In this document: positions 20,602 to 29,336 of the stretch, piece by piece
How positions within the stretch are numbered: the stretch's first letter is position 1
Layout: every line of letters starts with the position of its first letter
Assembly: GCA_020341815.1 (NCBI GenBank)
Contig: CP070837.1
Span: 692,211 to 756,210 of the forward strand
Length of the DNA stretch: 64,000 bases
DNA from: Candidatus Omnitrophota bacterium
GTDB lineage: Bacteria > Omnitrophota > Gorgyraeia > JAFGHF01
Reading direction: 5' to 3'
The notes under the pieces: model-generated
Seen by the model: only the letters and a program-made list of their open reading frames with translations
The model's database searches: none
Told to the model about the DNA's origin: nothing
Position numbers and translations under genes: made by a program

Positions 20602-20877
20602 TTAGAAACGCACCTTCCCAAAACACTCTAAATACTGCCTCAATCTACCGTTGAGATACTTCTTTCCTTTACCACTCTTTAAATACTGCTCTCTCGCAAT
20701 TGCATCTTTTTTCTCTATACAAGCCTCACAATATATCAACTCAAAGGGTATTCTATGCCTTGTGGAAGGTTCTTCACCGGCATTGTGTTCTTTGAGCCGA
20801 CGCTTTAAATCATCTGTAAAGCCGGTATATAACTTATCGTCTTTTTGGCTATGAAGGACATATACATAATAATACAT
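20602..20877 (-). CDS. Small GIY-YIG nuclease-superfamily protein (YhbQ/UPF0213-like)
   Basis: 91 aa. YVYVLHSQKDDKLYTGFTDDLKRRLKEHN is a GIY-YIG motif with a conserved Arg and Glu. The gene is AT-rich and its stop is 5 nt from the MITE-like element. Confidence 0.7.
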   Translation of the reverse strand: MYYYVYVLHSQKDDKLYTGFTDDLKRRLKEHNAGEEPSTRHRIPFELIYCEACIEKKDAIAREQYLKSGKGKKYLNGRLRQYLECFGKVRF

Positions 20878-20950
20878 AGTAACTCAATATATCCAATTAA
20901 CTTTTTATTATACCTGCTTTTGGGGGTGTTGTAAAGAGAGTTTCTTCCCT

Positions 20951-21181
20951 CTATCTTCTTTTGCCGCCGCCGCGCCTTGTGCCGCTACGGCCAGCAGGGC
21001 TCTTTTTGGTTTTACCTCTTTTTTCACCGGCTGTTATATCTCTGTTTTTCTTCTGATGAGAAGGCACCCAGCCCGTCTTGCGCAATGTGCCATAGATATA
21101 TTTTCTTGCCCTCTCTGAGGTAGTAGAGCCAAATTTCTTTTTGGCTTCCTTCTTTAGCTTTCTTTCCAGCTCTTCCGGCAT
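20951..21181 (-). CDS. Hypothetical small highly basic protein
   Basis: 76 aa, Lys/Arg-rich with a C-terminus of ..RRGGGKRR. No known motif recognised. Confidence 0.35.
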   Translation of the reverse strand: MPEELERKLKKEAKKKFGSTTSERARKYIYGTLRKTGWVPSHQKKNRDITAGEKRGKTKKSPAGRSGTRRGGGKRR

Positions 21182-21200
21182 TTTCCCCTCCGCCTCTTTA

Positions 21201-22205
21201 TTATTCTGCCTTTTTTTCTCTGAGCATTAATTCTTCAACGGCAAGCTTGGGGTCTTTGTCCTCGTACAACACCGCATAAACCTCGGAGGTAATAGGCATC
21301 TCTACATTATGCCTCTTGGCCAGAGCAAAGACAGATTGAGTGGTCCTCACCCCCTCGGCAACCATCTCCATTTTAGACAAAATCGCTTTCAGCTTTTTGC
21401 CCCTGCCGATCTGCTCGCCCACCCAGCGATTACGACCGTGAGAGCTGATACAGGTCGTCACTAAATCGCCCAAACCGCTCAAGCCGGAAAAGGTCTCCGG
21501 CCGCGCGCCTTGAGCCTGACCCAGGCGGGCTATTTCTACCAACCCCCGGGTAAGGATGGCCGCTTTGCTATTTGCGCCAAAGCCAAGGCCATCGGAGATG
21601 CCGCAGGCAATAGCAATCACATTCTTTGACGCGCCTCCCAGCTCTACACCTATTATATCGCCTGTTGTATAGACACGAAAGCGCTCGCTCATAAATACAT
21701 CCTGCACTTCTTCCGCAAGTGCAATATCCTCACTGGATACGACGCAGGTAGCAGGAATGCCTCTGGCTACTTCATAAGAGATAGTCGGCCCGGAAAGTAC
21801 CGCTATCCTGCGCTTACCCAAAACATCCTCGACTACTTCGGACATGCGCAAGAGGGTATCGTTTTCGATACCCTTGACTGCGCTCAAAATAATAGCGCCA
21901 GAGGCATTTTCTTCCTTTATCCGGGCGAGCACCCCCCTTAAAAAATGCGAGGGCACCGCCAGGACAATCAAAGCGGCCTCTTCGATAGTTAAACCGATAT
22001 CCGCAGAAAAAGAAATTTCTTTCGGTATCTTGATACCGGGGAGAAACTTGGAATTAATTCTCTTTTTTTCCAAATAACGGATGTAGTCGGCAAAAGGGCC
22101 CCAGACCTCGACCTTATAACCCTTATTATGGAGCATAATCGCCAGGGTCGTGCCCCATCCGCCATCGCCGATAACCGCAACTTTTGCGCCCTTTTTTATA
22201 GCCAT
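21201..22205 (-). CDS. gpsA: NAD(P)H-dependent glycerol-3-phosphate dehydrogenase
   Basis: AKVAVIGDGGWGTTLA Rossmann motif and the GpsA fold. The start is trimmed to MAIKKG (cat at 22203-22205). Confidence 0.9.
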   Translation of the reverse strand: MAIKKGAKVAVIGDGGWGTTLAIMLHNKGYKVEVWGPFADYIRYLEKKRINSKFLPGIKIPKEISFSADIGLTIEEAALIVLAVPSHFLRGVLARIKEENASGAIILSAVKGIENDTLLRMSEVVEDVLGKRRIAVLSGPTISYEVARGIPATCVVSSEDIALAEEVQDVFMSERFRVYTTGDIIGVELGGASKNVIAIACGISDGLGFGANSKAAILTRGLVEIARLGQAQGARPETFSGLSGLGDLVTTCISSHGRNRWVGEQIGRGKKLKAILSKMEMVAEGVRTTQSVFALAKRHNVEMPITSEVYAVLYEDKDPKLAVEELMLREKKAE

Positions 22206-22327
22206 AGTCAGTATGATACTATAATCGATATATGAAGTCAATCAAAAGCTTAAAGACGAAAAAATCTCTGGACGAACCGAAGTTTTTATGTATAATAGTG
22301 TAATAACCTCTTAAAAGGAAGGCGGTT

Positions 22328-23848
22328 ATGCGACAAAAAAGAGAGCTCTGGAAAACGCACTGGGGTATGATTTTTGCTATGATCGGCACCGAGGTGGGCT
22401 TAGGCAATATCTGGCGTTTTCCCTATCTTGTAGGCAAATACGGAGGAGGAGTTTTTCTCATTCCTTATATAGTACTCTTATTGGGCGCGGCCGTCTTTGC
22501 TATGATAGCCGAATGGGTCCTGGGGCGCCATACCCGCAGGGACCCTTTAGGGGCATTTGAGAAGATAAAGTTTCCTTTTGGCCGGGATATCGGCGCCTGG
22601 GGCATCATCGGTCCGTTTTTCCTCTATTCCTACTATATCGTTATTACCGGCTGGGTTATCTTTTTTATCGCCGCCTCCCTCGGCAGGCTCTATTTCGGCC
22701 AGGACAGCGAGCAATTCTTCCTTAACTTTCTGGCCAGCCCCTGGATATTCGCGGTGCACGCACTTGCCATTTTTATTACCAGCGGCATTTTGGCTTTAGG
22801 TGTGCAAAAAGGCATTGAGCGGGCCTGTAAATTTATGATTCCCACCCTTTTTATACTGCTGATAATTGTAGCTATCCGCTCAATCACCCTTCCCGGGGCC
22901 TCATCAGGAATTGAGTTTTATATGCGTCCCCGCTGGGAAGGTCTCTTAAACCCCCAGACCTGGATTGCCGCTTTAGGTCAGGTATTTTTCACTCTGAGTT
23001 TGGGCATGGGCGCCATGCTGATATATGGCTCCTATCTTCGCAATGAATGGGGAATCCCCGCCAATGCCCTGGCCTGCACATTAGGCAATACGGCATCTTC
23101 CATCCTGGCCGGATTTGCAATTTTCCCCGCTGCCTTTGCCCTGGGATTTGGCGCACTGGTCGGCGGCTCCGAAAGCATCGGCCTGACATTTTTTGTCTTG
23201 CCGCGCGTTTTCGAAAAGATGCCTGCGGGCTGGCTCTTCGGAGGCCTTTTCTTTATCCTGCTTAGCTTCGGGGCGCTTTCTTCGGCAATCAGTATACAGG
23301 AACCCAGCATTGCCTGGCTGAAAGAAGAGGTAGGCTGGCGCCGCAAAAAGAGCGCCTTGATTACAGGGATTATTTTATGGGCAATGGGCCTGCCGTTTCT
23401 GCTCAACGGCTTTCTGGTTGGCGGGCTGGGCAAAAAACTGGCCCTGTTGGGGAAAATGGATATAATTATCGGCCAGCTTGCACTTCCTTTATTTGGCCTG
23501 CTTTCTGTAATCGCTGTAGGGCATTTTATGCGCAAGGCCGGCTATCAGGAAATAAATAAAAATGCAAAACACAAAATCGGCACCTGGATCATGCCCTGGA
23601 TTAGATGGGTAGTGCCTATCTTTGTACTGCTTTTATTTTTCTTAAGCCTGATTAAAGTCCTGCAGGATTTGGGCAGAATCCCTCAGATTCTTCCCGTCGT
23701 AACTATGCCCGAGTTTCAACCCATAGGGATAACCCGCTCAACGATAGCGATGATAATAACAATCTGCACTATCATCTGGGGCGGTTTCGTTTTTATGACT
23801 TACAGGGTAATTACTACGGAAAAAGAAAAAGCAAGGAATAAAAAATAA
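22328..23848 (+). CDS. Sodium-dependent transporter, neurotransmitter:sodium symporter (SNF/NSS) family
   Basis: 506 aa. ..GLGNIWRFPYLVGKYGGG.. signature and 11-12 TM helices. Confidence 0.85.
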   Translation: MRQKRELWKTHWGMIFAMIGTEVGLGNIWRFPYLVGKYGGGVFLIPYIVLLLGAAVFAMIAEWVLGRHTRRDPLGAFEKIKFPFGRDIGAWGIIGPFFLYSYYIVITGWVIFFIAASLGRLYFGQDSEQFFLNFLASPWIFAVHALAIFITSGILALGVQKGIERACKFMIPTLFILLIIVAIRSITLPGASSGIEFYMRPRWEGLLNPQTWIAALGQVFFTLSLGMGAMLIYGSYLRNEWGIPANALACTLGNTASSILAGFAIFPAAFALGFGALVGGSESIGLTFFVLPRVFEKMPAGWLFGGLFFILLSFGALSSAISIQEPSIAWLKEEVGWRRKKSALITGIILWAMGLPFLLNGFLVGGLGKKLALLGKMDIIIGQLALPLFGLLSVIAVGHFMRKAGYQEINKNAKHKIGTWIMPWIRWVVPIFVLLLFFLSLIKVLQDLGRIPQILPVVTMPEFQPIGITRSTIAMIITICTIIWGGFVFMTYRVITTEKEKARNKK

Positions 23849-24101
23849 TGATCCCCGCCCTTCCAAAACATACGTTTGGTATAAGAGATATGGGTAAGGA
23901 TAATTCAACCAGATTAAAATATAGATTTAGACCTGACATTGCGAAGAAAGGAAGGGCGGGGTGAACCTCTCTGTTCTGGCTAATTCTAAATTCGGCTGGA
24001 TATTTATCTGGTCGGAAATTATCCTGGTATATCTGCTATTCCTCTGGTTTCACAGAATAGTGGAAAGAAAGCGCAGGTCTAAATAAGGCTTATTGTTTTC
24101 G

Positions 24102-24211
24102 ACGTGCCCCGAACCAAAATACTACTAAGTTTTGTATTTTGGCAAAACTCGTGCCATATGGCATTAGTTTGCTACTAATCTCAACTGTTGAAGTATTTTG
24201 GTTCGGGGCGT
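24102..24211. repeat. MITE-like 110-bp palindromic element, copy 2 (inverted relative to copy 1); overlaps the 3' end of queF
   Basis: TIRs acgtgccccgaaccaaaatact and agtattttggttcggggcgt. The interior is about 90% identical to the reverse complement of copy 1. Confidence 0.6.
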
Positions 24212-24585
24212 GGATACCTCGCCAGAACCTGAGTCTTTATCCCGCCACGGGGACTAAACTCGCCATGCACCTCAAGCCATTTTGGCCGGCAGGCGCCTGC
24301 TGCATCGTCTAAAATCCGATTTACCGCGTTTTCATAAAAGATGCCTAAATTCCTAAAGGCAAGTAAATAGAATTTCAAAGACTTAAGCTCCAGGCAAAGC
24401 TTATTGGGAACGTAGCGAATGGTAATCACGCCGAAATCGGGAAGCTGGGTCTTCGGGCAAATAGAGGTGAACTCAGGGACAGAAATGACAATCTCATAAT
24501 TTTTATATTGGCTGGGAAAACAATCGATGCGGGGAAGCTTGGCTTTTATGCCTGCTTGGGCGTGTTTTTTCGTATAACCTTTCAT
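24181..24585 (-). CDS. queF: NADPH-dependent 7-cyano-7-deazaguanine (preQ0) reductase, type I
   Basis: 134 aa. ..EFTSICPKTQLPDFG.. is the Cys/QueF motif of the T-fold. The last 9 codons are encoded inside the MITE-like element. Confidence 0.8.
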   Translation of the reverse strand: MKGYTKKHAQAGIKAKLPRIDCFPSQYKNYEIVISVPEFTSICPKTQLPDFGVITIRYVPNKLCLELKSLKFYLLAFRNLGIFYENAVNRILDDAAGACRPKWLEVHGEFSPRGGIKTQVLARYPRPEPKYFNS

Positions 24586-24590
24586 ATCTT

Positions 24591-25112
24591 TTACCTCAAA
24601 CTATAAATACATCCGCAGTAATGCTGGCGATAGATATTGTGCTCTTGAGCCAGCTCCTGCGTTCTTTTAAAGCCATCCTGTTTTTTAAAATCGCGCGCCA
24701 AAAAAAGATCTCCCCCCGCTTTCTGCCCTATTTCATTTATCACCTGACTATTTTTATGCGGGCTTATGGTGAGGGTGGTGGTAAAGACATCGAAAGCTTT
24801 TTCCTTGACCTTCTTTGCCGCCTCTTCCAGACGCAGAGCAAAACATCTTCTGCACCTTCTGCCGCCTTCAGGCTCCTCTTCCAGCCCCTTAATCCGCAGG
24901 CGCCACTTATCTATCTCATAATCGCCGATTATTAAAGGGAGCTTTTGGCGCTTAGCCAACTTTTCAGTCTCCTTGAGCCTCTTTAAATATTCCTGCTCAG
25001 GCTGGATATTGGGGTTGTAAAAATATCCGCTGAGGTCACAACCTTCCTGTCTCAATTTTTCTATAGAGAAAGAGGCGCAGACCGCACAACAAATATGCAA
25101 TAATACCTTCAT
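24591..25112 (-). CDS. queH: Epoxyqueuosine reductase QueH (DUF208)
   Basis: 173 aa. N-terminal HICCAVC and C-terminal QHYCGC motifs, diagnostic of DUF208/QueH. Confidence 0.7.
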   Translation of the reverse strand: MKVLLHICCAVCASFSIEKLRQEGCDLSGYFYNPNIQPEQEYLKRLKETEKLAKRQKLPLIIGDYEIDKWRLRIKGLEEEPEGGRRCRRCFALRLEEAAKKVKEKAFDVFTTTLTISPHKNSQVINEIGQKAGGDLFLARDFKKQDGFKRTQELAQEHNIYRQHYCGCIYSLR

Positions 25113-25127
25113 GGTAGGATTTTCTGC

Positions 25128-26774
25128 TTACTCTGCTGCCTTAATTATATTGCGATGAAGGCCGGGGAATTGGCGCAGATAATCGATGCGCTCCTGTTTA
25201 ATCTGTTTAACTAAAGAGGTGATTTTGCGGGGAGAATAGAACTTTTTCAAGTTAAAACGCGAGATATCCATTCCTTCTACATTCTTAGGAACTTCAAGCT
25301 TCCAATAACGGTCCTTTTTCCACTGAATAGTCCCCCGGGCAATCCCGCGAATAATTGCGGCCATCTCCATAATTTCCACGCGATCAACCTTGCGTTCGGT
25401 AATCCTGGTTCCATCGGGGGCAGTCTTTATAATCTCGCCCACGCCGCCTGTATTAAGCAGGAAACACCTGACCTTGTCTCCGTATTTCTGTATAAAATCA
25501 TAAAACATATTCCCTTCTTCTGCCTCGCTGCCCACAATAAAAGGATTGGTGCCTACTACGCGCACAGATTCACCGATTTTGCGCGGATCACCCGCAGAAG
25601 TCTCTATAGATTCACCCAGCATAAACGCTGCTGCTGCCTGAGCGGGGCTAAGCTTGGAGGCAATCGGCAGCACCGTATTGCGCCGGGTAATAAAGGCAAT
25701 AATCAGGCCGTCCAATTGACGCAGAGGCGGCAGGTTAACGGTCTTTGCGGCAAACTCGCCCAGGTGCTTCATCTGGATAATACCGCGGCCGTTTCCGGTT
25801 AAGGTATCGTCGTCAAAATAAAGCTTACCTGCCTTATCCATAGTTACATTCTCAAAAGTGGCCTCCGGCCTTATGGCTGCATTATAGAGGAGGCTTTGGG
25901 TCTTGGGGTCTAAGCCGTCGGTCTTGATGAAGAAACCCCTTTCCGTGCCCAGCGTAGAACCATCCCTGCGCCAGAAGATTACGTCATCCTGAACAATCTC
26001 TACGCCCTCACCCGGCTTTGTCAGACCGTGATTATGACAAGCATGAGTGGTCTTACCGGTAGCCGAAAGCCCAAAAAGAAACATCCCGTATTTCTTGAGA
26101 TTTCCCGATGCGTCAAGTGCCTTAAGCACCTTTGCCCCGGCATGTATCCCCAGCATTCCCTGCTTTTTGGCAAGCCACATCGCCATGCGCAGGAAGCCTT
26201 TCTTTACCTCGCCAAAGTAGTCAGTACCCAATACAAAGGTTACTCCCTCTTCGGGAAAGACCAAAATCTGGCGCTTTGTTTCCGGCCATTCGGGGACATA
26301 AACTATCCATAATTTCGGGCTGCGCAAACTGCTGCGATTGCCAGCTTGAGGCTTAAACATGGTGTTGGACCACATATAAGGAATGCGGATACAGTCTTTC
26401 CTCTGCACGGACAAATATAGCGTGCAATGCGGGCTGTAATAAGGATTGTCCCCCATGGCCTGCTCAACCTTAACCAGAGGCGCCTTCTTGAGGTAATCCT
26501 CGAGCTTCTTCAGGGTCTGGGGCAGGGATTTTAAGATTTCTCTTTGGCGGGGATTGACTTTCGAAAGCTGAACATCTTCAGAGCCAACATATACGGTTAA
26601 GCCTGCGCTTCTATTGCGTACATCGGTAATAAAGACATAATTTCCGTATTCGGTCTTATTGCCGTATTTCTCGGCCATGATTTTAAGGCCCGAATAATCC
26701 ATAGGCTCTATATTGGATTGCCCGCTTAGCTTTTTAACTATCTTCAGGGCTGTCCTGGGTTTATAGTTACGCAC
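25128..26774 (-). CDS. Phosphoenolpyruvate carboxykinase (ATP)-like protein
   Basis: 548 aa. Kinase-1a-like P-loop FLFGLSATGKTT followed by ..IVQDDVIFW.., resembling PckA (FFGLSGTGKTT...GDDEHGW). The N-terminal region is atypical. Confidence 0.45.
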   Translation of the reverse strand: MRNYKPRTALKIVKKLSGQSNIEPMDYSGLKIMAEKYGNKTEYGNYVFITDVRNRSAGLTVYVGSEDVQLSKVNPRQREILKSLPQTLKKLEDYLKKAPLVKVEQAMGDNPYYSPHCTLYLSVQRKDCIRIPYMWSNTMFKPQAGNRSSLRSPKLWIVYVPEWPETKRQILVFPEEGVTFVLGTDYFGEVKKGFLRMAMWLAKKQGMLGIHAGAKVLKALDASGNLKKYGMFLFGLSATGKTTHACHNHGLTKPGEGVEIVQDDVIFWRRDGSTLGTERGFFIKTDGLDPKTQSLLYNAAIRPEATFENVTMDKAGKLYFDDDTLTGNGRGIIQMKHLGEFAAKTVNLPPLRQLDGLIIAFITRRNTVLPIASKLSPAQAAAAFMLGESIETSAGDPRKIGESVRVVGTNPFIVGSEAEEGNMFYDFIQKYGDKVRCFLLNTGGVGEIIKTAPDGTRITERKVDRVEIMEMAAIIRGIARGTIQWKKDRYWKLEVPKNVEGMDISRFNLKKFYSPRKITSLVKQIKQERIDYLRQFPGLHRNIIKAAE

Positions 26775-26855
26775 ACCTGCCTCCTTGCTGTAGCTTTTTA
26801 TGATACCTCTTATCCCCCTTAGCTGTCAAACGTTTTCTGTCATTTTTTAGAATTT

Positions 26856-28565
26856 TCAAAAAGAATAGCCGGCACTTATTTTTATCAGTCTTCCGGCACC
26901 TTGTATATCCTGCATTTCCTGATAACTCCTGTCGAATATATTTATGCCTTCTAAGGCCAGGGTAAAGTTGGAAAGCTCCTTCTTCATTTTTAAATCAAAA
27001 GTAGTATACCTTTTCCTCTGGAGGGGTCGGGAAAAATTACCGATTACATTTGTAGAAATGCCTCCGAAATCAAGGCCCAAGATACTTACAAGCTTATGGC
27101 GATTATAATCAAAGACATATTTGGAAAAATTATAAGGGTTGTTTTTGTCCAAATCAAGATAAGTATATTCTAAAGAACATTTCTTTAGTATATTATCTTT
27201 GAAATTCAGCTGTGAATAAAAGTCCAGGCCATATACATCCAAATCCTCGACATTCATTGCCTCCCAGGCAAGTGCAGAGACATTTTTTACCCAGTCAATA
27301 GTATTTGACTGGTCTCTTAAGAAAAAACTAACGCTTGAAATAAAATTGTCGCCAGGTGCATAATCCAGGCCCCACTCAAAGTTATAAGACTTCTGAACAT
27401 CAAGATTAACGTTTCCTATATTAGAAGGGGAATTGTAATATAGTTCGGTGAAGGAAGGTGCTCTCCAGATACGGTCAAAGGAAAATCCTAATTTCAAATC
27501 ATCTTTCAAAAAATAATTTAAGCCTAAAGAGATATCTTCCAGATATTCCCATTCTTCATAATAATCGAATCCCCCGGAAAAATCGACAAGGAGCTTACCC
27601 AGCTCTTTATCCTTCAACCCCAGGCGTAATCCCTTTTTCATCCGGTAGTGCTTATTAAGATTAGTGCTGTCTATCGTCTCTCTGTCTATATTAAAGATAA
27701 GAGATAAATCGTTGTAAAAATCCAACTTACTTTTTAACCCATAGAGATAAGTGGTGTGATAATTGGTGTAAAAGGAGGGATCGTGGCGGTTTAATATGTA
27801 TTTATCGCCGTGCCTTCTTAAATAAAAGGTATTATTCAAATCAAACAACTCTTTATTTTTTAGCCCTGCGCGCAAGGAATAAAATCTCTGGGTGATGTGT
27901 TCCTCTTCATGCGGCCAGGCCGAGGCATAGAAACTATCCGCTCCGAAGTCCCTCTTTGTCGAGCCGAATAAAAACTCGATATCCTTATCTTTGAGCTCAT
28001 CTTCCCATAAAGAGTGAAAAGAAAAATTATAGATTTCAAAATCCGTATCCTGCCTGTCCCCCTTGCTTATCTTGTGCTCGCAGGATATCCTGTTTTTTGT
28101 TTCTTTTAAGGGAAAATTGAAAGACAGAAGCTGTCCCCAGAGGGCATGCTCGCCAAAAGAAGATTTTAAGAGAAAGCCTTCATCTTTGGGCTTCTTGGGA
28201 ATAAAGTTTATTTTCTGCGAGTTCTTAAAAATGTCTATTTCCTCAAGGTCTGCGCTGGTTAAGGGTATCTCCAGGTTAAAGTGGCCGGTCTGGGGGTCGT
28301 TAATTTTTATCCCCCCTAGCTCTATAGAGGTATCCTCAAAGATAGAACCTCGCAATGAAACATCCTGCTGCACGCCGGAAATAGAGCGCTTCCTTAAATC
28401 TATGCTTGAGGAATAATCAATCATCTCCTCTAAAGAGAAAGCGGGCAGGCCCTCTTCAGGCAAACCTTTCTTTATGGAGATTTTTCCCAGTTCCACCTCT
28501 TCGGCAAAACAAAAAGAAAAAGCACTAAGGAAAATCATGGATGCAAAAAGGAAGGTCTTCATCAA
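26856..28565 (-). CDS. Outer-membrane beta-barrel receptor, TonB-dependent-receptor-like
   Basis: Signal peptide, a plug-like segment (VSLRGS..ELGGIKINDPQTGHFNLEIP), many amphipathic beta strands, and a C-terminal ..AGYSF. Confidence 0.5.
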   Translation of the reverse strand: MMKTFLFASMIFLSAFSFCFAEEVELGKISIKKGLPEEGLPAFSLEEMIDYSSSIDLRKRSISGVQQDVSLRGSIFEDTSIELGGIKINDPQTGHFNLEIPLTSADLEEIDIFKNSQKINFIPKKPKDEGFLLKSSFGEHALWGQLLSFNFPLKETKNRISCEHKISKGDRQDTDFEIYNFSFHSLWEDELKDKDIEFLFGSTKRDFGADSFYASAWPHEEEHITQRFYSLRAGLKNKELFDLNNTFYLRRHGDKYILNRHDPSFYTNYHTTYLYGLKSKLDFYNDLSLIFNIDRETIDSTNLNKHYRMKKGLRLGLKDKELGKLLVDFSGGFDYYEEWEYLEDISLGLNYFLKDDLKLGFSFDRIWRAPSFTELYYNSPSNIGNVNLDVQKSYNFEWGLDYAPGDNFISSVSFFLRDQSNTIDWVKNVSALAWEAMNVEDLDVYGLDFYSQLNFKDNILKKCSLEYTYLDLDKNNPYNFSKYVFDYNRHKLVSILGLDFGGISTNVIGNFSRPLQRKRYTTFDLKMKKELSNFTLALEGINIFDRSYQEMQDIQGAGRLIKISAGYSF

Positions 28566-29134
28566 GGAAAATAGCGGGGAATTTTTTTACCCAGTTCAAA
28601 AGCTTTTTCCAGGCAATTCGGATGTTCCAACACACGCGCCTTCTTATCTACATTTGGACAGCAAAAGCTTTCTTTCAATTCTGCGCCCAAAACAGCAAAG
28701 AAATTCCTGACTATACTTTCTGCGTTTTTAAAAAAGCTGCCTCTTGAGCCTGCGCTGACTAAAATAAGGAATCCTTTTTTTAGAGGCGCAGGATTTTTTT
28801 TCTCCAAAACATATTTTGCCACCCAGATACATTGATAGCGGTCAATCATCGCCTTAACCTGCGCGGGAAGACTGCCGAAAAAAATAGGTGACGCCAAAAC
28901 TACTGCCTCGGCCTCATCCAATTTCTTATAAATCATCTGCATATCGTCATTAACAATGCATCTACCTGTTTTATCGCAGCCGCCGCATTCCTGACAGCCT
29001 GCAAACTTTAATTCATTCAGGACAATCTTCTCTGGCTCCAAGCCAAGAGATTTTACCCCTTCCAGAGCCTTATCCAGAAGTATCTCCGAATTGCCACCCC
29101 TGCGGGGTGAGCCTAAAATAGCTAATATCTTCAC
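28562..29134 (-). CDS. Iron-sulfur flavoprotein (Isf) / NADPH-dependent FMN reductase family
   Basis: 190 aa. Flavodoxin-like fold starting MKILAILGSPRRGGNSE, with the compact CX2CX2CX5C motif (CQECGGCDKTGRC). Confidence 0.65.
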   Translation of the reverse strand: MKILAILGSPRRGGNSEILLDKALEGVKSLGLEPEKIVLNELKFAGCQECGGCDKTGRCIVNDDMQMIYKKLDEAEAVVLASPIFFGSLPAQVKAMIDRYQCIWVAKYVLEKKNPAPLKKGFLILVSAGSRGSFFKNAESIVRNFFAVLGAELKESFCCPNVDKKARVLEHPNCLEKAFELGKKIPRYFP

Positions 29135-29266
29135 CCCGCTCTTCCTTTCATCGCTATGCCAGGGTTAGATTTTACTTTTGCTAAACTACAAACCATATAA
29201 TCAAACATCCTTGTCCTCGCTCTTGACTTATCAATGCGGGTATTAGGAAGAGCGGGGTTCATGGTT

Positions 29267-29295
29267 AAAATAATGCGGGACATATCCTGTCCCGC
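29267..29295 (-). terminator. Rho-independent terminator downstream of the 29337-30542 gene
   Basis: Minus-strand gcgggaca-ggata-tgtcccgc followed by attatttt. Confidence 0.45.
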
Positions 29296-29336
29296 TTAAG
29301 CTTAATGAACTTTCTTTGCCTTCCTATTTATCTTGA

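Noticed and set aside
22219-22407. 62-aa minus-strand ORF in the gpsA/SNF divergent intergenic region
   Set aside because: It overlaps the SNF transporter start and the promoter region and has no motif. It is likely spurious.
24591-25130. Possible preQ1 riboswitch upstream of the que genes
   Set aside because: The queH start is only 16 nt from the upstream gene's stop, and the queF-queH gap is 5 nt. There is no room for a riboswitch aptamer.
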